From NCBI GenBank assembly GCA_010093815.1, contig ML996586.1: a stretch of DNA of 59,679 bases, one strand, 5' to 3'. Below, one piece after another: positions 50,701 through 59,679 of the stretch (position 1 is the first letter of the stretch; the number at the start of each line of letters is the position of its first letter). The translations under genes were made by a program, and so were the position numbers. Below the pieces are notes generated by a model. It made no database searches. It saw nothing but the letters and a program-made list of their open reading frames with translations, and was not told where the DNA came from. The stretch comes from Pseudovirgaria hyperparasitica. Lineage: Eukaryota.

Positions 50701-53700
50701 CGACGTCCTCGTCTACTTTATTAAGCTTAAGTACTAGGCCTAGGCGGGTATTAAGCCGCTCTTAGCTAGGTAGGGGGTCCTCTACGGCGCGCTTAATAAG
50801 GCTTATATAGACTATTTTATAAAGGTCTCCGGGGAGGTCGAGGGTTACTATTAAGGGGGTAGATTAGACTATAACCCGGTATTTTATCTATAGCTAGTTA
50901 AGCTTCCGGCTTAGGCGGTTAGTCTTTATATTCTAGAGGGAGAACTATACTATATTACTAACCTTAAAACGCTCGGCCGGGCGTCGTAACCGGTTTACTA
51001 AGTCTTAGGAGCGCTACTCGGCCTAGATAATAGCCGCTTAAGCTAAGGTAGTGCCGTTCTAAAGGTATTTAAGGAAATTTATAGCCTAACCTTTCGCTAA
51101 GGTTATAGAGGCGTTAGAGAGTAGCTACTATAGTAATAGTTTAACGTAGTATCCGTTTAGAAGTAAGTTTAGCGCTATACTAGTTACTAATAAGGTATAG
51201 TTATTAAGGGCGAGCTAACATGCCGGGAGATATTCCGGCTAGTTAGTTTACTTAAAAGTTACTATAACGCGTAATACGGCCTACACCTTCTAGTTTATAT
51301 ACTTAGTACCGCTATCTATCTACGGGTAGTAGGCCGTAGAGAGGTTCTAGTATATATCTATTATAGAGTAGAGGGTTATCTAGAACTACCTAAGCTAGTC
51401 TAAGCCCTAGTCTGTAATTATTAACTAGGGGAACCCCCGGAAATACTATTACGTATTATAGAACCGTATAGCGTAGTCCTCGGCTACTATAGAGATTATC
51501 GCCTCTAGCTAAATAAACTTTAAGAGTCGGTCCGTAATAATAAGAAGATATTAGGGCTAGAACGGGTCTAATTAGGGGAGGTTAGTTATAAAATCTATAG
51601 AAATTTAGAACTAGAACTAGTCTAGCGTCGGAAGAGGCTAGAGGAGGCTAGAGGCCTTATATTAGTTTATATAGGCTCTATAGTAGTTATAGTTTCGTAC
51701 GAACTACCGGATATTAGTCTATATCCGCTTCTAGTAGTACTCCCGCTAAATAGCTATATAAGTCTTATTCTTACTAGGATAGCCCACGAGGGGAGAGATA
51801 TAGAACTTCTAGATAATAGTTATAGTAAGGGGTTTCTACTTAGGTACCTAAATAACCCCCCGCTATATTAGTATTCTATATACTAATATAGCGTAGTCTA
51901 TAATCTATTTAGTAGTAAGCGCCTCTAGTAGAAAGAGGCGTACTCCGCCTACTACGGCCCTATAGCGGGCCTAGTATACTAGGACTAACCGAATAGCCTA
52001 GTCCTAGAGCTCCTAGAGGTAGAGGTCGATAAAGATACTTTATCCCTAGGGGAGATAGGACTCCCCGGAGCGGGTACTTACTAGTACTATTCTAATGGCC
52101 CGTAGAGTTATAAGCTGTCCCCTTAGAAGGGACTTTTTAGATAAGTTCTAGTTATAGTAGCTTAGGGTATCCGGACGGGCCGCCTAGAATCCTAGCTAGT
52201 ATATAAGATTATAGTTAAATAGTATAAGCTAGTCGGACTATTATTACTACTATAGGATAAGAAGGTAAGACTTAGTAAAGTACTCGAGGTTTTTATAGTC
52301 TATATAGACTATAAAGGGGCGGTAGACGCTTCGGAGCTTAGGTTTCTACGTCTAGAGGTACTAAACTACTATAAGGAGCTCCTTATTATAGATTATATAG
52401 TTCCGCTAAGCGGCCGTAAGGGCCATAGAATAGTAGACTACCGGGTGCTAAATACCCCGAACCTTTTAGAATAGATATCTACCCGTTATATATCCGGAGT
52501 AATCTATCTCGACTATTATATCGCGTATCTTATTCTAGGACTAGAGGATTAGCCTAGTAATAAAAGCGTTCTTTAGCGTATTAAACGCGCGGTCCTTAGC
52601 CGGGCCCTAGTAGAAGGCTATCCCGGCCTTAGTAAGGGCGTAGAGTAGGGCCGCTATAGTAGAGAAGTTAGAGAGAAAGTTATAGTAGAAGTTTACGAAC
52701 CTAATAAACCGCTAGACACCCTAGACCGTGGTCGGGGGCTTCTAGTCCTAGATAGCGGTAATCTTCTCCGGGTTAGGGCGGATTAACTCTCTAGCGGTAA
52801 TAATATAACCTAGGTACCGGACCTCCTTAGTAGCGAAACGGTATTTAGTAAGGTTATAGTAAAGGTCCGCCTTTATAAGGAGAGATAGAATAGTTTTTAT
52901 AGCGGCCTAGTAGTCTTCTAACGTACCCGGAGTGTATATAAGAATATTATCGAGATACGCTATATAGGTAACCCTAAGGACCCCGCTTAGTACCCCGTTA
53001 ATATAGTATTAGAAGGAGATAGAGGCGCTAGAGAGACTAAAAGAGAGAACTATCTATTTAAAGAGGCCGAACCGGGTACGGAAGGCCATCTTATATTTAT
53101 CCCTGGTAGCGACCTATAGTTTATAGAATACCGCCTAGATATCTACCTTACTAAACCACGATATATTACTAATAGTATATAGAGTCTTACGTATAAGTAG
53201 TAGCGGATATCGGTCCTATTTAGTAATACTATTAAGGGCTCTATAGTTAATATATAGCCGCTACTTCCCTCCTGGCTTAGAGATAAGAAGTACTAGCGCC
53301 CCGGCCGCTAAGGAGCTAGCCTATATCTATCTCTTATCTATAAGATTCGTAAGCTAGCGGCGGAGCTCTATAAGTTATTCCCGAGATATAGTATAGAGGG
53401 GTCCCTAGGGGAGGTTTATAGGGGTTCCCGCCGGTATAGACTTAATATAGATATAGTAGTCGGTGTTCCCTCTATAGGGAGATAGCACTAACGCCTTTTC
53501 CTTATTAAAGAGATTACGGTAGGCGTATAGCGTTAATAGAAGCGGGCGCCTATCCTCTATAAGCTTAGTCGCGTTCTAGTTAGATACTAGAGGTAACTAG
53601 AGGAGTATAAGTTATAGAAGGCGGGTAACGTTACGGATACTAGTAGTAACTACTTATCTATAGCGGTAAGCTATCTCTAGACCCCTAAGAATACGGCCCT

Positions 53701-55896
53701 TCTTAGTAAGAATCTAGATACTTATTAGATATCTATAGGTATTAATATCCTAGGCTATAAGGCCGTAGGCGTGGTAAAGCGTGATTTTATCTACGTGTAT
53801 ATCGATAACGGCGCCGGCCTAGTAGAGCTATAGGCTTCTAAGAATAAGGTCCCGGTCTAGCCCGGGTACTATATAGACGGTAAGGCGTTATCGCTACCCC
53901 GTGATATTATACTAGATAGTAATAACTTCCGTAATCTCTAGTCCTAACACTCTATTAGTAGCGAGAGCTACTCGACGATATAGAACTAAGATATATAACT
54001 TAGCTACGTCCGCCGTAAGGGCTAGGCTAACTACTACGAAATACTTATACCCTATATCTACTAAGGCGTCTATATACTTTCTATTCTAGAGGAATAGCGA
54101 TATAACGGGTAGGGGTCCGTCTATAATCTAAGCGGGCGCACTATCCTCTAGGTCGGAGCCGTTATCCGGGTCGTCTATAGCTTTATTCCTTACTAAATAT
54201 AGTAATATCCTCTAACCCGGGCTTTAGTAGAGGGCTATACTTCCCCCGCCTTAGAGTTAGAATTAGTATTATTCTAAGCTAGGGCCGTAACCTTAAGCGC
54301 TCGTATATTAATAGCGTTTAGATAGCCCCGGTATTAGTAGCTAGCCTAGCTATACCGGGTATACACGCCCGCTATACGGCGCTTCTAGAATAAGTCCTTC
54401 GGGATCTATAAAGGAGTCTCTTTCTTCTTAACCCCGTTCTTACTCTTTACTATTAGTAATATAGCTTACTCCTTACCCTTTATCTTAATAGTCTTAATAG
54501 TAACCGCTAATATTATCGTGTCGCCGTCCTTATCCTTACTAGATCTATTTTAAGATATAGCGCTTTACCTAGTACGGAGCTAGAATAACTCTATATCTAT
54601 ACTAATATCTCTAAGGCGATCTATAGCGGCCTCGTACTAGTCTAGAAGGCCCCGGTTTAGGGCTACCGCCTAGGTCTTCTAGTTAAGGCCGTCCCGGAGC
54701 CGTATAAGCTTCTAGTTATTAGTCTAGTATATTTCTCTAGCCTTCTAGAGGGCGGTATAGAACTATATAAAGTACTCTATGAACGGCTCCTTTATCTTTT
54801 ATATAATTATATTTAACCGCTAGAGGGCCCGCTCTTTAGTATATATATCTCCGAACTAGAATTTAAGGTAGTCTAAGAACGTATACGGGTTCTAGTCGCC
54901 GTTTAGCCCCCTAGTAGAATATATAGCGCTAACCCCCCTCTATATCTTAGGCGCTAGGTTAGTCTAAATAAGGGCTATTTAGTCCCTATAGATACCGATA
55001 AAGTTAGTATCCCGGGTAATCTTATACTATATTATAATAGACTATATACGGAAGAGGGCCTTAGATCTATTATACGGGTTGCTAAGGGGGAGAGGCTTCC
55101 TCTTAGAAGCCCGGTCGAGTATAATATATAGCGTAGAAAGTAGTAAGGCGGGAGCGCACGTAGAAAAGGCTAGTTTAGATCTATATAGATATTAGAGCGC
55201 TACTAGGGAGGAGTCGGGCTAGAGTAGAGACGAGTCGCTATAAGTTAAGATAGCGGGAGTACGGCTATATAACTTAACCGTAAGAAGGCGGGCGTTAATA
55301 CGTTATAGAGCCGTATAGACGCTATATTTAATATTAGATATCTAAGACTCGCTTACTACTTAGGCGGCCGTAATAGACTTATAGATAGACTATATCTCGT
55401 CCCGAAAGCTAAGGAAGGAGTTAGAGAGTTACTATATTAGATTAGAGTCTTACGGGTTAAGACTATCTTATACTATAAGGCCACGTATAGAAAGAGATAA
55501 TTAAAGTTAAATTAATATAATAGATATAACTAAGGTATTACTATAATAGTAATTAAGATATATTATAATTTAACTTAGAGAGAGTAGGGATAAGCCGTAT
55601 AGTTATAGCTTTAAGTATAGTCTTAAGCGAGGTCACGTGATACCCCTATACTAGTCTCTATCNNNNNNNNNNGAGATAATTAAAGTTAAATTAATATAAT
55701 AGATATAACTAAGGTATTACTATAATAGTAATTAAGATATATTATAATTTAACTTAGAGAGAGTAGGGATAAGCCGTATAGTTATAGCTTTAAGTATAGT
55801 CTTAAGCGAGGTCACGTGATACCCCTATACTAGTCTCTATCCGTCCCGGCTCCGTTATATAATACTAGAGATAAGGTAAAGCCGAAGTCTATAACA
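47790..55896 (-). mobile_element. Chromovirus C2 (diverged sister of C1), TSD AATAC
   Basis: LTRs at 47790-47991 and 55695-55896; AATAC at 47785-47789 and 55897-55901; collinear with C1; RT AYLDNILIY at ~52935-52960. Confidence 0.93.
48799..50262 (+). pseudogene. RIPed antisense cargo gene of C2 (homologue of 39829-41303)
   Basis: Same start context; gtaagt donor at intron 1; same branch sites; same terminal AGGACTAGG-stop. Confidence 0.7.
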
Positions 55897-56667
55897 AATA
55901 CCTTTTAACCGCCTTTATCTAAATCTTCTAATTCTTATTAGAACTACTATAGAGAGCGGGGCTAGTATAAGTTATAGTATTAATCGGGTTAATTAGTTAT
56001 AAGATAACGGCTATTAGACTAGCTCTAGTCTTAAGAGTTACTAAATAGTTAAGATAAGTTATAGTAATAAGAGCTGTTATATTAACTATCTTCTCTTTCT
56101 TATTAAGTAAATTAACTTAAAGTACTATACTATACACTACTAAGGTAATAGTAGATAAGTTAGTACTATTCTTTATATTTTACTTATAGAGTCTATATAA
56201 ATTAGACTAGAGATATAGATTCTATTAGTAGAGATAGACCCTAGTAAAGGAGAATATTAATACTATTCTATACGAACGTCTAAGTATTTTAGCTAGAAGG
56301 GCCTAATAGTTATATAGTACTATAGTCGTAAGCTATAGCGTATATATATAAAGTAACGTTAGTTTAGGAGCGGGTCTATTAGAGAGTATATCTTTATATT
56401 ATAAGGGATAATAGAGTATTAGATAATAGCTACTTAAACTACTTAATTAAGGCCGTAGTCTAGGCGTCTAAACTAGATAAGTAATAGAGCGCTTTCTTCT
56501 TAAGATCGGATAATTCTAATATAAACTACTTAAGGGTATATCCTCGTAGATACTAAGAGATTTTTAACTTAATAGTTTCGGTTCCTCTAGCTATAGTAGC
56601 GTCTTTAATCCGGTTAAGAAAGATATATACGCTATATATATACGTGTCCTAACCGGTAAAAACGACA

Positions 56668-59600
56668 TGTTATAGCTATAGTAGTAGTATATATCATGTA
56701 TAATTACTATAGGTAGTAGTAAACTAGTCGGATATATAAATACAACCGACCGGATACGTAGATATAAAATAGTATACTTTATAACTAATTTAACTTAACG
56801 TATTAATGATCTTAATAAAGTAGTAGCTAAAAATTAGTATCTACTAGTTTATATACTTCGAATATTAAGTTCTCTTTACTAGGCTATCTTAGTTAATATA
56901 GTAATACTAGAATAATTACTAGTTTAAGTAACCTCCTTCTTACTATACTACCTATACTAACTACTTTATTATAGACTAGTAAAACGTCCTCCTCCTAGTA
57001 CACGGTACGAGTAGAATAGACTTATTATATTACTATAAACTTAACTCTCTAGAGCTTAAGAATACTCTATTTACTAGTTATAAGACTATATATAGATCGA
57101 ACTAGATATCTATAACTCTATTACTTCCGCATTTTACTATTTAGCTTAAAAAGTTTTCTATTATACGCTAGATACTAGTAATTTTATATTTCCTATACTC
57201 TTACTAGCCGCTTATAATAACGGCTTATATTACTACTAGAGGACTTAGTTCTTCTAGGGCATTAACTATTTAGTTATAGATAAGTTAATTAATAGGCGTT
57301 TAGAAATCTACTACTACTTAAGATAGTACTTAATCGTCTTATTATTAACTATCTACCGCCCTCTACTCTAGAATATCCTTTATAAAGTAGAAGACTAGCT
57401 ACTAAGCCTTTTCTACTATAGTAGTTAATAAATTACCTAGCGTTATAAGAGGCGTATAACTTATTCCTAAATAACCCGTTAATTTAAGCTTAGTACCCTT
57501 TAACTACTAGGCTTCCTAGGGCTTTCTTAAGCTTATTAGACTTAGTTAATTATATAGTAAGCTCTAGTACGGAAGCTACTATATCCAACTACCCTAAACA
57601 TGCTAGTACTTTAGTAGAATATACTATACTATATTAGGTAGACATAGATACTAGTAATAGCGGCACGCTAGCTAGAGCCCGAATAACTAATAATAGGGAC
57701 TTTATAGTAAGGTAGTAAGCTATAATTATAGCTATAATTTAGTAGACTCTTACTTAGTAGGCGGGTAGTTCGTGGGATAACGACTAAAATCTAATAGATA
57801 GTAGTAAAAACCTACCGTTTAACAATAACGAAGACGGTTAAGGGTTTAGAATATAAGAAATTAGATTCTTCTAACCTAACTTAGATTATAGCTTTAGAGA
57901 CGGAGATATTATTTTTATTAGTTAGAATATATATATATATATAGCGTATATATCTTTCTTAACTAGATTAAAGACGCTACTATAGCTAGAGGAACCGAAA
58001 CTATTAAGTAAAAAATCTCTTAGTATCTATGAGGATATACCCTTAAGTAGTTTATATTAGAATTATCCGATCTTAAGAAGAAAGCGCTCTATTACTTATC
58101 TAGTTTAGACGCCTAGACTACGGCCTTAATTAAGTAGTTTAAGTAGCTATTATCTAATACTCTATTATCCCTTATAATATAAAGATATACTCTCTAATAG
58201 ACCCGCTCCTAAACTAACGTTACTTTATATATATACGCTATAGCTTACGACTATAGTACTATATAACTATTAGGCCCTTCTAGCTAAAATACTTAGACGT
58301 TCGTATAGAATAGTATTAATATTCTCCTTTACTAGGGTCTATCTCTACTAATAGAATCTATATCTCTAGTCTAATTTATATAGACTCTATAAGTAAAACG
58401 CAAAGAATAGTACTAACTTATCTACTATTACCTTAGTAGCGTATAGTATAGTACTTTAAGTTAATTTACTTAATAAGAAAGAGGAGATAGTTAATATAAC
58501 GGCTCTTATTACTATAACTTATCTTAACTATTTAGTAACTCTTAAGACTAGGGCTAGTCTAATAGCCGTTATCTTATAACTAATTAACCCGATTAATACT
58601 ATAACTTATACTAGCCCCGCCCTCTATAGTAGTTCTAATAAGAATTAGGAGATTTAGATAAAGGCGGTTAAAAGATATTAGCTAACGTACGTTAGCTACT
58701 AGCTATAACTAGCGCTTCTATAGATTATTCTACTAGTTCTAGAATAACTAATAAGCCCTATACTAGCTAGTCTCGGTCTCTTAGTAATAATAGATAGTTT
58801 ATCTAACTACTATAACTATTCTACTAGGCGTATAATATTTAGAAAGAATTATATAATCTAGACGTTAAAGACGCTTACTATACTAGGGTTAAAGAAGCTT
58901 TCTTCTACCTTAGACTAACCGATATAGATACTATTAAACTAGTATAGTTTAGTAACGAAACTAGCCTTACTAGCCTTAACCTACTACCTAGTAATATTAA
59001 TAAGAGCCTACCTTTATAATTTATAGTATACTAAGTAACTAATATATATCTAGTACGCTAGATCTAATATAATATTTATAATAAGATATTTCTATTACGA
59101 AATAAGCTATTTAAGTATCTTAAGAATAGAAAGTATCTTAAGATAATAGTAAACGCTAAGGTTCCTCCATATAATTATATAGTCCTAAGATTAGACGTTA
59201 TATATTATAATATCTAGGGTAATATAGTACTATTATTAGTTAATAGCCTACTAGACACTAGCCGAGCGTATAAAGAATCATACTATATCTAAGTTAAGGT
59301 CTTACTTAGTCTTAATAGCCCCGTTAAATATATCTATCTAGATATAGAAAGCGTTATAATACTAATTAACTAAGCTTTTCTTAAATAGTAGAACTCTAAT
59401 ATCTAAATACTTACCTAACTAGCTATTTCTATTTAGAAAGTAGAGGGAGTTAAGCCTATAAAGTTAACTAAATTTATAGTTATTATACTATTCCTCCTAG
59501 GCTAAACGTCTAACGATTTAACTACTATAACTATAAAAGTAATATATAAGGTATATATCCTTAACTATCTATAGGTAGGTCTCCTTCTTAGAATAGATAT

Positions 59601-59679
59601 TATAGTATCTTAGAAGATATATATCTATATAAGTATATATATAATAACTATTAGTATATATAGCGGGATTACTATACTA
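56668..59679 (+). mobile_element. Ty3/gypsy A2 (same family as A1, opposite strand): 5' LTR, leader and gag; continues beyond the window
   Basis: LTR 56668-56817 (TGTTA..TAATA, TATATAAA box), then a RIPed PBS-like tagtagc. 57907-59679 is the reverse complement of A1 segments 55897-56667, 47718-47789, 46754-46847 and 38750-38782. Confidence 0.88.

Larger units (their letters stand above)
18210..56667 (-). mobile_element. Ty3/gypsy LTR retrotransposon A1 (outermost host of the nest; 5' leader and 5' LTR lie outside the window)
   Basis: Minus-strand RT (~37300-38200: YPLL*GDII..KKFISIINIASFFY*WPV, VYINN = YIDD), integrase (~35700-36400: LLTIIDKFTK) and gag (55897-56667). Segments rejoin across inserts and are collinear with copy A2. 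Confidence 0.85.
16500..59679. other. AT-rich RIP-mutated repeat block (heterochromatin-like isochore)
   Basis: Abrupt switch to TA-rich, CA/TG-poor sequence. Paired repeats differ almost only by C>T / G>A transitions. Catalytic YLDD/YIDD motifs read YLNN/YLDN/YINN. Confidence 0.95.

Noticed and set aside
55494..55841. Tandem duplicated LTR at the 5' end of C2
   Set aside because: The two copies are identical and separated by a 10-N spacer, typical of an unmerged contig overlap.
18210..56817. Giant (38.6 kb) element bounded by ~150-bp terminal inverted repeats with an apparent AAG TSD
   Set aside because: The repeat has LTR features (TGTTA..TAACA ends, TATA box, following PBS-like motif). 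The two copies are explained as the LTR of minus-strand A1 and the 5' LTR of plus-strand A2; the 3-bp match is likely chance.

Overview
Filamentous ascomycete (Pezizomycotina-type) genomic DNA in two sharply separated compartments. Bases 1-~16,500 are GC-balanced and gene-dense, with intron-containing genes: a probable pseudogene at the left edge, an intron-containing tRNA-Pro(TGG), an Rrg1/EFM2-type methyltransferase, VPS28, NOC2, an acyl-CoA synthetase, a hypothetical gene truncated by a 22-bp duplication, an alpha-arrestin, and a TGL2-like lipase with 8-, 10- and 2-nt micro-exons and a frameshift. Bases ~16,500-59,679 are an AT-rich block mutated by repeat-induced point mutation (RIP: TpA excess, CpA/TpG depletion). 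It resolves into a nest with readable target-site duplications (TSDs). A RIPed host-like gene is cut by Ty3/gypsy copy A1 (minus). A1 holds Ty3/gypsy B (TSD CTAG), a LINE-like insert (17-bp TSD), two copies of chromovirus C (TSDs ATAGT and AATAC) and an inverted same-family copy A2. Reading through RIP-type stops shows cargo genes that the ORF track misses. Family C carries an antisense, two-intron gene with a putative six-Cys zinc-cluster-like motif and an RS-rich tail, downstream of CGG/E-box tandem repeats. Families A and B carry ~800-1000-codon third ORFs after pol. The LINE-like insert encodes an HMG-box-like N-terminus fused in frame to a LINE thumb/CCHC tail, with no recognisable RT catalytic core. 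All de-RIPed protein calls are manual inferences and need HMM/consensus checks.
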